A DNA stretch of 64,000 bases from Alistipes sp. (GTDB lineage Bacteria; Bacteroidota; Bacteroidia; Bacteroidales; Rikenellaceae), in NCBI GenBank assembly GCA_017536555.1, contig JAFXHE010000003.1, positions 88,662-152,661 of the forward strand. The letters run 5' to 3'. Below the pieces are notes generated by a model. The model did no database searches, was not told where the DNA came from, and saw nothing but the letters and a program-made list of their open reading frames with translations. The stretch's first letter is position 1. Each line of letters opens with the position of its first letter. This document shows, one piece after another, positions 45,388-56,607 of this stretch. The position numbers and the translations under genes were made by a program.

Positions 45388-47799
45388 CTAATTATTACCA
45401 CTGCCACCGCCGCCCAAACGACCACGGTCATCCGCAGAGCCACTCTCGACACTCTTTGCTCGGAACTGCTTACCTGTGTTAAAGTTATACGATATGGTAA
45501 ACTTTACAGCAAGTCTCTGCCACGGCTGGCTGGCTGTCATCACACGCTCAAAGGTACTCTCCTCGATATAGATACGCTGCTTCTGCGGTATGAGGTTCTG
45601 GGCACCGAGGCTCAACGTGAGCTTATTCTCGAACATACGCTTCTTGAGGGCAATATTAAGGTTTCCGAAGTCACCTATACGTGTGTTACCCGCCTGCGCA
45701 CCGTGGATAAACATACCGTCAAGCTCAATAAAGAAGTTCTTGGGCAGGTTGAAGGTTGTCTGCGCATTTGCCACACCCATAAAGTTGCGACGCACAGGCT
45801 CATCAGGATAGATACGCTGTCCCATATACATACCCGTAATATTGACATTTGCCGACCACCACTTTGTAATCTGGAAGGGCAGGTTTACCGAGGCGTAGAA
45901 GTTATTTAGCGTAGGATAGTTTATCGTCTGCAAGATAAGCAACTCGGGGTTCTCGCTATCCACAAGCGTTGTCTGCTGTATGGCGTTCTGCATAATCTGC
46001 ATTCCGAGGCTTATGGTGTACTTGTACTTCAAAACGGCTGTCACCGACAACGAGTTGTTATACGAAGGCTTAAGGTTGGGGTTACCGCGCTGTATCATAT
46101 ACTCCGAGATCTTTGTCTCGTTGGGTGACAATGCCCAGAACGAGGGGCGCGAGATTGTACGCGAGTACTGCGCAATAAGTGAGTATGCTCCATCCTTTGT
46201 CAGCGAGTATGACACATTGGCATTAGGGAAGAGGTCGAAGTAGTCTTGTTTTACGAGCTTATCCTTCGAGCGGAACGAGGTATACTCACCACGCAGACCT
46301 CCCACAACACTTACACGACCAAGACGCGCCGTAGCAATAACATAGGCAGCACCAATATTCTCTGTGTAGCCGATATTGTAGCTCTGCTCAAGGTTGGGAT
46401 GCCACAGCTCCTCCTTGAAATACTCATAGTCGGCACTATTAGCATTGGTGTTATGGGTGTACTTAGCACCCGCCTTAAGCGTAACCTTTGGCGACAGCAC
46501 CTTCTCCAAAGCTATGGTGGCTGTACCGAGCTGATAGTGGCTACGCGACGCATAGCGATATGTTGAGTCTCGCATTACGGCAGGCATCAAGAGGTCATAC
46601 TCCGTATCATAGTAGTTGCTTGAACGCGGTGAACGCGAGTCGGTGTAGTCGCCTATAAACTTCAACGTAGAGCCCATATTATCGAGCTTATAGATGTAGT
46701 TTGCCGTAGCGGTGTACATATAGCTATTGTAGCTGTTACTATAGTCGCCATCTGTGCGCGTAGTGCTACCATTCAGCGCGCGCTCTGTCCACGTCTCTGT
46801 GGTATCCTCACCGCCCCAGTAGTTATACTGAAACTCCGCACCCAAAGAGTGCTTATCGTTGATGTCGTATACCACGCCGACATTACCACCAGCCCACAGC
46901 GACTGCTCATCCATCTCTGTTGCTGCGTCGATAACCGTGCCCGACGTATAGTCGGTATGCTCCTCTGTGGTGTACTCCTGACCACTTGTACCAGCCCATA
47001 GACGACCATAGGCATTTACCTTATTCCTATTATAGTTTAACGACAGCGACGGCATCACATTATACATACCCTTTGTGCCATTGAGCACAAGTGATGCCGA
47101 GCCCATAAGACCCATATCGAGCTTTCGCTTGGTGGTAATCTTGATGATACCGCCCGACGATGATGCATCATAGTCTGCACCAGACTGTGGCACTATCTCA
47201 ATGCTGCGTATGTCGTCAGCTCGCAACGAGCGCAGGTATGCCATAAGCTGTGCATCCTCGAGCTTAACCTCGCGGTCATTGAGATAGATTTTTGAGCCAC
47301 TTGAGCCATTTATCGAAATCTTGTCATCCTGTATCCACACACCTGGAGCACTCTTTAGTAGCTCCTCGCCATCCTTGCCTATGGACATTGGCGAGTTGGC
47401 TACGTCGACAACAAATCTATCTGCCTCACGGCGTATAAGCTGCGCTGTTACCACAACCTCGTCAATGGTCGTTGCATCCTGCTCAAGGCAGATATCGCCC
47501 AACGTGGTAGCTCCCGCCACCTTTATAGACTGCTCGTGGCTGCGATACCCTATATATACCACTTTGAATGTGTAGTCGCCATCGGCTACCGACAAGCTAA
47601 ATCTACCATCATCATCCGTAGCACCACCCGCCATCTGGTCTGTTGAGCGCAACACGACAACAGTAGCATAGGCTATGGGGTTACCCTCAACATCAACTAC
47701 CCTACCCGAGAGCTGACTCTTTTGAGCCATAGCGTCCTCACACATACCCGATACCACCAATACAACCAACGACAGCATCGCACCTAAAACTCTTCTCAT
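45388..47799 (-). CDS. TonB-dependent-receptor-like outer-membrane beta-barrel protein
   Basis: Signal peptide; CarboxypepD_reg-like (PIAYATV, VYIGY); LLKSAPGV plug; GNPNLKP; C-terminal ISYNFN. Confidence 0.82.
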   Translation of the reverse strand: MRRVLGAMLSLVVLVVSGMCEDAMAQKSQLSGRVVDVEGNPIAYATVVVLRSTDQMAGGATDDDGRFSLSVADGDYTFKVVYIGYRSHEQSIKVAGATTLGDICLEQDATTIDEVVVTAQLIRREADRFVVDVANSPMSIGKDGEELLKSAPGVWIQDDKISINGSSGSKIYLNDREVKLEDAQLMAYLRSLRADDIRSIEIVPQSGADYDASSSGGIIKITTKRKLDMGLMGSASLVLNGTKGMYNVMPSLSLNYNRNKVNAYGRLWAGTSGQEYTTEEHTDYTSGTVIDAATEMDEQSLWAGGNVGVVYDINDKHSLGAEFQYNYWGGEDTTETWTERALNGSTTRTDGDYSNSYNSYMYTATANYIYKLDNMGSTLKFIGDYTDSRSPRSSNYYDTEYDLLMPAVMRDSTYRYASRSHYQLGTATIALEKVLSPKVTLKAGAKYTHNTNANSADYEYFKEELWHPNLEQSYNIGYTENIGAAYVIATARLGRVSVVGGLRGEYTSFRSKDKLVKQDYFDLFPNANVSYSLTKDGAYSLIAQYSRTISRPSFWALSPNETKISEYMIQRGNPNLKPSYNNSLSVTAVLKYKYTISLGMQIMQNAIQQTTLVDSENPELLILQTINYPTLNNFYASVNLPFQITKWWSANVNITGMYMGQRIYPDEPVRRNFMGVANAQTTFNLPKNFFIELDGMFIHGAQAGNTRIGDFGNLNIALKKRMFENKLTLSLGAQNLIPQKQRIYIEESTFERVMTASQPWQRLAVKFTISYNFNTGKQFRAKSVESGSADDRGRLGGGGSGNN

Positions 47800-48099
47800 A
47801 ATCTATACTATTTATTGTTTATATTTGCTTTATTAGTGTACTACTCTATTAATACACTGCAAATATATACGCTATTTTTTAATTCACCAAACATTTCGGC
47901 AAAAAAAATACAACTCTTGGGAAAGTTATAAAGATAACGCGCGCGCGAACATATTTATTGTAATAAGCAACCAATTTGCCACATACACACATATCGCACG
48001 CTAAAAAAGGCAAATTACGGTTCAAACACAGACCGCCTAAAGAGGTTTGATTGGGTAAAGGGAGTAAAACTATCCGTGCAGTGATAGAGACTTAAACAA

Positions 48100-48131
48100 G
48101 CAGCCACGCCTACAAAGGTAAGCGTGGCTGC
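48100..48131 (-). terminator. Terminator after the lipoprotein pair
   Basis: GCAGCCACGC/GCGTGGCTGC perfect 10-bp stem. Confidence 0.7.
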
Positions 48132-48163
48132 AATAGTATCAAGCAAAGTCAAAAGTCGCGCGA

Positions 48164-48784
48164 TTAGAAGTGCTTAACAGCACGCACACGGAACTCCATT
48201 GACTTATCGGTCTTATATGGGTCGAAAGTACCCGTCTCAAGGCTGATTGAGTATGCCAAAGCTGGGCCACCCTCCGATGAGCTCCAGTAGTAATCTGGAG
48301 ATAGTGCCACGCCACCATTCTCAACAAGAGTCTTGTTGATAGCCTCAAAGCTCTCGCCCTGGCAGTGACCGATTGCATCGGCAATATACTCAAGGTCATA
48401 CTGACAAGGCAAGTGCCAGCCAGTGACAAAGCCTCCGTTAAGGGTATTACAGCAGCCAAAGGCGGGGAAGAGAACCTCCCAACCCTGCAGCGAGGTAATT
48501 ATGCTCCAGTTATAGAGACCATTGTCGGGAGACATCGCCTCATAGAACCCAGTTACAGTAGACCACTTTGCACTCCACTCATCAAGCGAGAAGATCATAC
48601 CAGAAGTACCCTCCTCGTCATTGAGCTTGAATACAACACCAACAACAGAGCCCTTCTTATAGAGGTCGCCAACCTTATAGCCCTCGACCTCGGGAGTTGC
48701 GGGGGTGTCAACAATGTCATTGCAGGCAGTCATACCCGTAGAGAGGAGCACGACTGCTGTAATGATATAAAGAATACGTTTCAT
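48164..48784 (-). CDS. Lipoprotein, DUF1566-like
   Basis: Lipobox MTAC; YKVGDLY, GVVF, WHLP...L, YWSSSE, VRAV. Confidence 0.65.
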   Translation of the reverse strand: MKRILYIITAVVLLSTGMTACNDIVDTPATPEVEGYKVGDLYKKGSVVGVVFKLNDEEGTSGMIFSLDEWSAKWSTVTGFYEAMSPDNGLYNWSIITSLQGWEVLFPAFGCCNTLNGGFVTGWHLPCQYDLEYIADAIGHCQGESFEAINKTLVENGGVALSPDYYWSSSEGGPALAYSISLETGTFDPYKTDKSMEFRVRAVKHF

Positions 48785-48796
48785 AGTTACACTTAA

Positions 48797-50719
48797 TTAT
48801 ACAAGTTGAGTACCAGGCTCGTAGATATTGTGCAGAATAGCACCCTCCTCGCCCTTATCGTTGATAACCAAGCCCCATATCTCAAGGGTGTCTACAGAGT
48901 TATCATATACATCATCGGGGATGAAGCGCGAGTTATACTCTGAGGTATTCTTCCAGGTAGTGAGCAACAGGTCGTGAATTTGCTCCTCTGTATAGTTGCT
49001 TACATCAAGACCATTGATATTGTTGTCGTATACATCGTAAATAACACCGTTTACAGTGATAAAGAAGTAGAACGCGCTTGAGTCAGAAGGCATATATACA
49101 TAAGCATAGTAGCCTTGATCCTGCGCACGACGGTTGAACAACACCTTGAAAGGCATATGGTCGCCGTTGGTCTTTGCCTCGATAGTGTAGAAGTCGGTGC
49201 AGATAGAGCCGTCAACATACATACCTACAACATAGAAGATATACTTGGTGTCGGGCTGCAACTTACCGTTTGTATTAATAGACATCTCGTCACGTCCGAG
49301 ATACTGTGTAAGGTAGTCCTCCTTGTTCAGACCAAGAGCTGTGCTATTGTAAGCAATACCCTCCTCGATATCCTTCAACAACGCATCGTTGTTACCACCA
49401 AGCTCCAAGTATCGCTCCTCGGTGAGAATGTCGAAGTAGTAAGTAAGCGAGTAGTCAGATGGCACAATACCAAAGGTGATATCTGTCTTTGAAATACCCG
49501 ATGTACGCAATGTGAAGTTCACATCAGGGCGCATCGTAGGCTCCAATGTGCGGAACTCAACCTTTGTAAGGTTGGTTGTATAGGTGCCATTGCTATAGCC
49601 GCACACCAACAACACATAGTCGGTATTGGGGGCGAGGTAGCCATAATCGCCATAGTAGTAAGCCGAAGAGGTGTAGGTGCTTGTGTGCTCAACTACCATA
49701 TGCTGCATAATATCATCATCACTCCACCACGAGCCGTCCTCGTTCTGGTAGAAAGATGCCTTCTCTACAAGGAACGCAAATGCCTCGGTAACAAGCTCTG
49801 CCTGAATAGTGACGTGCGCAGAGTCACAGGTAACCTCCGAAACCGATGCATTGAACGTGTTGCTTGACTCGGCAAGAGTCTTAATCTCTATCATCTCTAC
49901 ATCGGTGATAATAGTACCATCAACGCCAAGGCCTACTGCAAATGCGAAGTATGAGGTATTGGGAACAAGAGGTGCATTAGCTTTTGAGGTGTCACCATAT
50001 AGCTCCGATGTAACCTCGCCGTGGCTGCTCATCAGACTCACTGCGTCATATACGCTCAAGCCATAGTTGTAAACGCCATCGTTGATGATAAGCTGGATAA
50101 GGTCTGCGATGCCATCAACATTGCTACCACAATACTGCTCGTACTGTGACTGGTCGATAAGGTCGTAGTAGTAGCCAACGGTCTCGTCAGAGGGGATAAC
50201 CTTGAATGAGAGTGAAGTGGCATTTACCTCAACAGGCTCAATAGAGAATGTGCAGTCGCTCATAGTAACAGCTGTGGTATGGAACTCCTCGGTGTAGAGG
50301 TCGGTAGTAACTGTACCATCAGCATCCAAACCATAGACATAGATTGTGTAGCTCGTGCCTGGGTCGAGCTCGCTATAGCCCCACTCAACGTCGCCACTCT
50401 TAAGCTCTGCCGCCAAGAGGTCGGTAAGCTCCATACCATAAGATGCAGCAAGCTGCTCAAGGTAAGAGATCGAATCAGCAATAAATGCGTCATTGCTATC
50501 GTACTTCTTGAACTCCGAAGTCTCAAAAAGACCAAAGAACATAGTCATTGAGTCATCCTTCGGATTGATGTAGACCATTGCAGTACGCTCGGTAACATCG
50601 CCAATGGTAATCTCAAACAGATCTGTTGCAGGCTGTGGCTCGTCACCCTGTTTGTTATCCTCACAAGCGACAAGACCCAAAGTCATCAACATTGCAAACA
50701 AAAGAGTCTTTAGTTTCAT
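48797..50719 (-). CDS. Acidic surface lipoprotein with ~4 tandem FN3/Ig-like repeats
   Basis: Lipobox LVAC; repeated F.I...T...P.D...YY and L.P.T.Y...V.G...T motifs. Confidence 0.72.
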   Translation of the reverse strand: MKLKTLLFAMLMTLGLVACEDNKQGDEPQPATDLFEITIGDVTERTAMVYINPKDDSMTMFFGLFETSEFKKYDSNDAFIADSISYLEQLAASYGMELTDLLAAELKSGDVEWGYSELDPGTSYTIYVYGLDADGTVTTDLYTEEFHTTAVTMSDCTFSIEPVEVNATSLSFKVIPSDETVGYYYDLIDQSQYEQYCGSNVDGIADLIQLIINDGVYNYGLSVYDAVSLMSSHGEVTSELYGDTSKANAPLVPNTSYFAFAVGLGVDGTIITDVEMIEIKTLAESSNTFNASVSEVTCDSAHVTIQAELVTEAFAFLVEKASFYQNEDGSWWSDDDIMQHMVVEHTSTYTSSAYYYGDYGYLAPNTDYVLLVCGYSNGTYTTNLTKVEFRTLEPTMRPDVNFTLRTSGISKTDITFGIVPSDYSLTYYFDILTEERYLELGGNNDALLKDIEEGIAYNSTALGLNKEDYLTQYLGRDEMSINTNGKLQPDTKYIFYVVGMYVDGSICTDFYTIEAKTNGDHMPFKVLFNRRAQDQGYYAYVYMPSDSSAFYFFITVNGVIYDVYDNNINGLDVSNYTEEQIHDLLLTTWKNTSEYNSRFIPDDVYDNSVDTLEIWGLVINDKGEEGAILHNIYEPGTQLV

Positions 50720-50973
50720 AGTTAATTTGTGGTGTTTTGATTATGTAATTTATTTATGATACTCTTTTACAGGTGTCACACTTCGCAACACAGCGCATAT
50801 TTCGCGCACGCATATATCAAATAAAATCGGCGCAAGATAGAAATTTTTCGTAAATCTACAAAATTTCATCTCTATTTTTCCGTAACGTTCATCGAGTTAC
50901 AAGAATTTAACAGTATGGGCAAGATAACAAAAAAAGTCGCTACATAACGTAACGACCCAGATATATTTTAGCA

Positions 50974-51348
50974 CTATTTTATTGCTGTCACACAATCTCT
51001 GCCCGCTATTGAAGCATAGTCACGCAGCAGCTGCTCCTTAAGGTCACCAATAGATGAAAATCGCTTTTCATCGCGTATCTTCTCCTCGAGCATAACACGC
51101 AAAACACGACCATAGAGGTCACCCTGAAAGCCTATAACGTGGGTTTCAAGTAACAACTCCTTGCCTCCAACAGATGGACGCACGCCAACATTAGACATAG
51201 CCTTATAACGCACACCATCAATTATCACCGACGAGCGATATACACCACGCTCAACGTCATATCCCGTAAGCTCCATATTTGCCGTAGGAAAGCCCAAAGC
51301 GCGCCCTATTTTACGACCGTGTATAACCTCTGACTCTATCTCTATCAT
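50974..51348 (-). CDS. Stand-alone riboflavin kinase
   Basis: GRKIGRALGFPTAN, GVY, NVGVRPSV, ETHVI, DLYG, IRDEKRF; 124 aa. Confidence 0.9.
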   Translation of the reverse strand: MIEIESEVIHGRKIGRALGFPTANMELTGYDVERGVYRSSVIIDGVRYKAMSNVGVRPSVGGKELLLETHVIGFQGDLYGRVLRVMLEEKIRDEKRFSSIGDLKEQLLRDYASIAGRDCVTAIK

Positions 51349-51364
51349 ACTCCATTCAAAACAT

Positions 51365-52459
51365 TTATTCGGTCATCTGACCCGTAATATGGCGCACAAG
51401 GCTATACTCCGAGAAGAACTCGCGCGCAAAGACCCTCAACACCGTATACAGCGGTATGGCGAGCAACATACCCCATACACCTGCTACATAGCCAGCAACA
51501 AGTATAACCATAAACACCTCAAGCGGATGTGCCTGAACACGCTCCGAATAGAGCGTAGGCTGAATGATAAAGTCGTCGATAAGTTTTACTACAACTATCG
51601 TCGACACGATGACCACGACAGTATGTACTGCACCAGCCTCCAACGGCGAGAGGACACCTGCACAAGCCGACACAAAACAGCCGATAACAGGGCCTGCATA
51701 GGGTATAAGGTTCATAACACCCATAATAAGACCAATCACCAGAGCATCATCAAGACTCATACCCCACAAGAGCATTGCAATAGTTATTATAGCCATAATA
51801 ACAGCACTCTCGACAAGCAACCCGCCAAAGTAGCGCGACAACAGCGCGGTAATAGAGTCCAGAGCGTGGAAGACATTTGAACGGAACTTATCGGGGAAGA
51901 AGAGTGCCACGATGCGGTAGAAGAGTCCATCCTCCTTGAGGAAGTAGAATGTGATAAACGATACCGAAAATACCGACACCGCAGCAACGCCCAATGCCGA
52001 TGCCACATTAGAGAATGTACCCATAACATTTATGTCGACACTGCTTGCGATGAAGTTACGCAGGCTCTCGGTAAGGCTCATCTCGGGCAGCGAGAAGTAG
52101 CGTTGTGCAAAGCTGTGCAGACGCTCCATAGGTTGCTGTATGCTCGCAGCAACGGCACTCCAGTCGACAGAGGCAAGCTCGTGTATTTTACCAAAGATAA
52201 GGGGTATGAACAATGCACACAACGTACCTGCAACTATCCATATCACAACGAGTGTGACGGCAGCAGCCAACGTACGCGGAAACTTATAACCGCCGATGCC
52301 CTTGACAACAAGGCGCGAGACGAGAGGTCGCCCCATAATTGCGAGCACCGCCGACAATAGCACGTATATAACAACGCGCCAGAAGTACCATATCAAGAAG
52401 AGTATGGCAACGACAATAGCAAGCGTTACTATACCCTTCAAAATCTTATTTGTAGACAT
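51365..52459 (-). CDS. AI-2E family transporter
   Basis: Multi-TM; NLIPYAGP, IDDFIIQP, HPL, GMLLAIP. Confidence 0.88.
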   Translation of the reverse strand: MSTNKILKGIVTLAIVVAILFLIWYFWRVVIYVLLSAVLAIMGRPLVSRLVVKGIGGYKFPRTLAAAVTLVVIWIVAGTLCALFIPLIFGKIHELASVDWSAVAASIQQPMERLHSFAQRYFSLPEMSLTESLRNFIASSVDINVMGTFSNVASALGVAAVSVFSVSFITFYFLKEDGLFYRIVALFFPDKFRSNVFHALDSITALLSRYFGGLLVESAVIMAIITIAMLLWGMSLDDALVIGLIMGVMNLIPYAGPVIGCFVSACAGVLSPLEAGAVHTVVVIVSTIVVVKLIDDFIIQPTLYSERVQAHPLEVFMVILVAGYVAGVWGMLLAIPLYTVLRVFAREFFSEYSLVRHITGQMTE

Positions 52460-52558
52460 ACCAAATTTATCATTTATACCCTACCCACGAGCAACACAAC
52501 CCACCCATAGCACACAGCCGCCCTACGGCTGCCATCGCCACAGAGGATACCACTCGTA

Positions 52559-53230
52559 TTAGTCACGACGCTGCTTAAGACGGGCAATAGGTGTCTGTGA
52601 GCCAATTACAGGGTCACCAATCTCGACATATAGCTCCGAGTCCTTGGGGATAAGCACATCAACACGTGAGCCAAACTTAATAAAGCCAAGCACATCATTC
52701 TGCTTAACTGCGGCACCAGGTTTCATATAGGTAATGATGCGGCGCGCTATAAGACCTGCTATCTGGCGCACAAGAATCTTACGTCCATCCTTCATACGCA
52801 CAACGGTAGTAGTACGCTCATTCTCCGTAGACGACTTCGGATGCCACGCAACAAGGAAACGACCCTGATGGTGCTTGGTATACTCCACCTCGCCACCCAC
52901 AGGCAGCCAGTTCATATGCACGTTGGTTATCGACATAAATATCGAAATCTGCAACATCTCGCACTCGATATGCTCCTTCTCGTAGACTACCTCGGTAACG
53001 ACAACACGACCATCGCACGGCGAAAACACCAACTCGTCGTCGTGAATCTTCACACGGCGAGGCTCACGGAAGAAGGCGGCTACAAAGAACCAAAAGACAA
53101 TCAGGAACACCGCCATAAAGCCCAAATAGCCCGATACGCTCTCAATAAAGAGATACGCCAAGAGCCAAATAGCCAGGCAGATGAAGCCCGTAACTCCGAT
53201 TATAATGTAACCCTCTTTGTTAATCTTCAT
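52559..53230 (-). CDS. psd: Phosphatidylserine decarboxylase proenzyme
   Basis: FFREP, SPCDG, IFMSITNVH, NER, QIAG, IKFGSRVD self-cleavage site. Confidence 0.92.
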   Translation of the reverse strand: MKINKEGYIIIGVTGFICLAIWLLAYLFIESVSGYLGFMAVFLIVFWFFVAAFFREPRRVKIHDDELVFSPCDGRVVVTEVVYEKEHIECEMLQISIFMSITNVHMNWLPVGGEVEYTKHHQGRFLVAWHPKSSTENERTTTVVRMKDGRKILVRQIAGLIARRIITYMKPGAAVKQNDVLGFIKFGSRVDVLIPKDSELYVEIGDPVIGSQTPIARLKQRRD

Positions 53231-53257
53231 ATAGTTTTAGTTTTAGGTTAGTCTCAA

Positions 53258-54109
53258 TTATAGCATCATTATCACAAGATATGCAAAGGCGAAGGGCGCA
53301 GATATTAGCAACGCATCAAATCTATCGAGCATACCACCGTGTCCAGGCATTATATTACCCGAGTCCTTGATACCCGCCTCGCGCTTAAGCATCGACTCTA
53401 CAAGGTCGCCAAGCACGCCTGTAATAGCCACTACCACCGCCAAGCCAATCCACACGCCATAGCTTCCGCCCACAACATAGGCACCCAGCGCACCCATACC
53501 GAGCGCACCAACGACACCTCCTACAAAGCCCTCCCAAGACTTCTTGGGCGAGATGCGCTCACACATACGGTGCTTACCTATAGTCACGCCAACGAGATAT
53601 GCAAAGACATCGTTAGCCCAGACGATGAAGAGGTAGAATAAAAATGCCGCAGGCATCCACCCCCGTCCCGACAACATCATAGGGATATATAGCATCAGCG
53701 ACATAGGCAGTGCCACATACAACACACCCATAAGCGTTGATGCAATGTTACGTAGCGGCGTCTCTGACTTCACAAACAGCTCAAGAATAAAGCTCAATGG
53801 GATGAGTGCTATAAAATATATTGCCCCTCCGATGAACATATCATAGTCAAGACCAGCTCCCAGAGCATAACTCTTGAAGAGTGCAAAGTTTGTTATAAAG
53901 AGCACCATACCTGACACAAGACCCAATGTGCGCTGCGGACGGCATCCCACAGCCGCCGCAATATTATAAAACTCGAGCATACCAACGACAGTTACGAGAA
54001 GTAGGAACAACCCGTAGGTGTATATTCCCAACGATGCCAAAACGACCACAAGCAGCAGTCCTATGCCGCTGACAGTTCGTACTATAAGGTTCTTTAACTT
54101 ATCGCTCAT
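53258..54109 (-). CDS. cdsA: Phosphatidate cytidylyltransferase
   Basis: ISPKKSWEG, GDLVESMLKR, KDSG..MPGHGGMLDRFD. Confidence 0.93.
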   Translation of the reverse strand: MSDKLKNLIVRTVSGIGLLLVVVLASLGIYTYGLFLLLVTVVGMLEFYNIAAAVGCRPQRTLGLVSGMVLFITNFALFKSYALGAGLDYDMFIGGAIYFIALIPLSFILELFVKSETPLRNIASTLMGVLYVALPMSLMLYIPMMLSGRGWMPAAFLFYLFIVWANDVFAYLVGVTIGKHRMCERISPKKSWEGFVGGVVGALGMGALGAYVVGGSYGVWIGLAVVVAITGVLGDLVESMLKREAGIKDSGNIMPGHGGMLDRFDALLISAPFAFAYLVIMML

Positions 54110-54138
54110 TGTTATAGTGTCTGTATTAGTGTTACTCG

Positions 54139-56211
54139 CTAAATTTCATCCGTCTTTCCATCACCCTGCACCTCTGCCTCCTCCGCAGGCGTGGGCACAA
54201 CCTCATAAGTGATGTCAACATCCTCCGTATCGTCTATCTCTGAAGCGGGCTCCTGCATCGCCTTTGTTGCAGCCTCCGCAGCTTCAAGCTCCTCGCGTGC
54301 AATCTGCTGCGCACTCTTACCAAGTATTGACTCGATATCCTCTGTGAATATCGTCTCCTTGGCAATAAGCAGGTCGGCAAGACGCTCGATATTTTCGCGC
54401 TCCGTGTCGATGATGTTGCGCGTAATCTCTACAGCCTCGTCAACCAAGCGGCGCACCTCGCTGTCGATAAGCTCGGCTGTTCTCTCCGAGAAGGGCTTGG
54501 TAAACATATCGCGCTGTCCTGAAGCGTCATAGAAGCTAATATTACCCACAGCAGGGCTCATACCATAGTAGGCGACCATAGCATACGCCGTCTTGCTCGT
54601 GCGCTCCAAGTCGTTTATAGCACCCGTACTTGTGATGTTCATCAACATCTGCTCAGCAATACGTCCACCCAACAGACCCGCCATCTTGTGCATAAAGTGC
54701 TCAACATTGTGGTTGGCACGCTCTTCGGGAAGATACCACGTAGCACCCAATGATCTGCCGCGCGGGATGATGGTAATCTTCAGCACAGGGTCGCAGTTCT
54801 TAAGTCGCCACATCACCGTAGCGTGTCCCGCCTCGTGTATCGCCGTTGAGCGACGCTCGGCAGGGCTCATAGGCATATTTCGACGCTCCAAGCCACCAAC
54901 TATGCGGTCTATTGCCGCAAGGAAATCCTCCTGCGTAACGGCACTCTTGTTGCCACGTGCAGCAATGAGTGCAGCCTCGTTACATACGTTGGCTATGTCG
55001 GCACCAGCAAATCCTGGGGTCTGCTTGGCAAGGAACTCGCGGTCTAACTTATCGGCGAGCTTAAGATTCTTGAGATGCACCTCAAATATCGCCTGACGCT
55101 CCTTAACATCGGGCAGTCCCACCTCTATCTGGCGGTCAAAACGACCTGCGCGCATAAGTGCCTTATCGAGGATGTCTACGCGGTTTGTTGCAGCAAGCAC
55201 TATGACACCAGTATTAGTCTGGAAGCCGTCCATCTCTGTAAGCAGCTGGTTGAGGGTGTTCTCGCGCTCGTCATTTCCCGAAAAGCCCGAGTTCTTGCCA
55301 CGCGCACGACCTATGGCATCAATCTCATCAATAAAGACGATGCACGGCGCCACCTTCTTCGCCTGCTCGAATAGGTCACGTACGCGCGATGCGCCGACAC
55401 CTACAAACATCTCCACAAAGTCGGAACCAGATATCGAGAGGAAAGGGACATTTGCCTCGCCTGCCACAGCCTTGGCAAGCAGCGTCTTACCCGTTCCTGG
55501 AGGGCCTACAAGCAGTGCGCCCTTGGGTATCTTCGCACCTAACGCCTTGTACTTATCCGCCTTCTTCAAGAAGTCTACAATCTCCATTATCTCTACCTTT
55601 GCCTCCTCAAGACCTGCAACATCCTTGAATGTCACACGCTCCTTCTTATCTTTGTCGAAGACCTGCGCACGTGCCTTGCCTACATTCATAATGTTACCAC
55701 CACCGCCAGCACCACCACGCGTCATACCACGCATAATGAATATCCACACAGCGATAATAAGCAACCACGGCAAGAACTCCACAAGGTAGCTCGCCCAGCC
55801 GCGCTCTGTGCGCTCATACTTAATCTTCACACGCTCGGCATCAACGCCATTCTCTATGGCTGTCTGCTCGGCGCGCTCCACCTGTTCAGCAAAATACTGT
55901 ATGTCGCCACCAGTATTGAATGTTATCTGTGCTCCCGTCGTCGGGATATTGGCAAAACGCTCATCTTCTGCGACTGCTTTCATCGCCTCTTCGGTAAGGA
56001 ACACCGTTGCCTTCTCCTTGTCGAGGACATTTATACGCTCGACATATCCCAACTCTATTAAGTCATTTATCATCGCCCAGTCGCCCTCGATAGGTCGCGC
56101 CTTCTGCTCGCCAAACATCGAGTAGCCGATGATAGATATTAGAACAAACGCCCAAAACCACATAAAGCTGAAACGTGGTCGTAGTGTGGGTGTATTCGGT
56201 TTATTTGCCAT
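54139..56211 (-). CDS. ftsH: ATP-dependent zinc metalloprotease FtsH
   Basis: 2 [30 protein letters not shown]. Confidence 0.97.
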   Translation of the reverse strand: MANKPNTPTLRPRFSFMWFWAFVLISIIGYSMFGEQKARPIEGDWAMINDLIELGYVERINVLDKEKATVFLTEEAMKAVAEDERFANIPTTGAQITFNTGGDIQYFAEQVERAEQTAIENGVDAERVKIKYERTERGWASYLVEFLPWLLIIAVWIFIMRGMTRGGAGGGGNIMNVGKARAQVFDKDKKERVTFKDVAGLEEAKVEIMEIVDFLKKADKYKALGAKIPKGALLVGPPGTGKTLLAKAVAGEANVPFLSISGSDFVEMFVGVGASRVRDLFEQAKKVAPCIVFIDEIDAIGRARGKNSGFSGNDERENTLNQLLTEMDGFQTNTGVIVLAATNRVDILDKALMRAGRFDRQIEVGLPDVKERQAIFEVHLKNLKLADKLDREFLAKQTPGFAGADIANVCNEAALIAARGNKSAVTQEDFLAAIDRIVGGLERRNMPMSPAERRSTAIHEAGHATVMWRLKNCDPVLKITIIPRGRSLGATWYLPEERANHNVEHFMHKMAGLLGGRIAEQMLMNITSTGAINDLERTSKTAYAMVAYYGMSPAVGNISFYDASGQRDMFTKPFSERTAELIDSEVRRLVDEAVEITRNIIDTERENIERLADLLIAKETIFTEDIESILGKSAQQIAREELEAAEAATKAMQEPASEIDDTEDVDITYEVVPTPAEEAEVQGDGKTDEI

Positions 56212-56448
56212 TTTTAATCTCCTGTAATTTTACTTTTAGCGGTTATACATTTGTTGGTGAAGCGCACCAACACCGTAATAACGTTTGACAACACTAAAGA
56301 TTGTCCTCTGCCCCACCGTAGACAACATACTTTTCGCACAATGAGACATATTTGCCTACTTTTAGCATAGCGATATAGGCTACATAGCACCCTCGTCACA
56401 TAAACCCTGAAAGCCACTCCCCTGTTGAGAGCGGTTTTTTGTTAGACG

Positions 56449-56607
56449 GGTCGCAGATGCGCCCTTATCACGAAAAATTATTTTTTGTCAGAAGGGTGCA
56501 GATACAACGCTCGGCGAATTTCGAGGCGATGGGCTGTACCTCACGTACTGCCCATTGACGAGATAATTCGTTAGCGGCAGTAGATGCGCCCTTATCACAA
56601 AAAATTA
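56449..56607 (-). repeat. ~130-bp palindromic element plus 29-bp second arm, starting at the rsfS stop codon
   Basis: Outer arms nearly identical to 24438-24599; inner stem differs in sequence but keeps pairing. Confidence 0.88.

Noticed and set aside
56214-56417. 67-aa ORF upstream of ftsH
   Set aside because: Non-ATG start, no motifs; probably ftsH leader/intergenic DNA.
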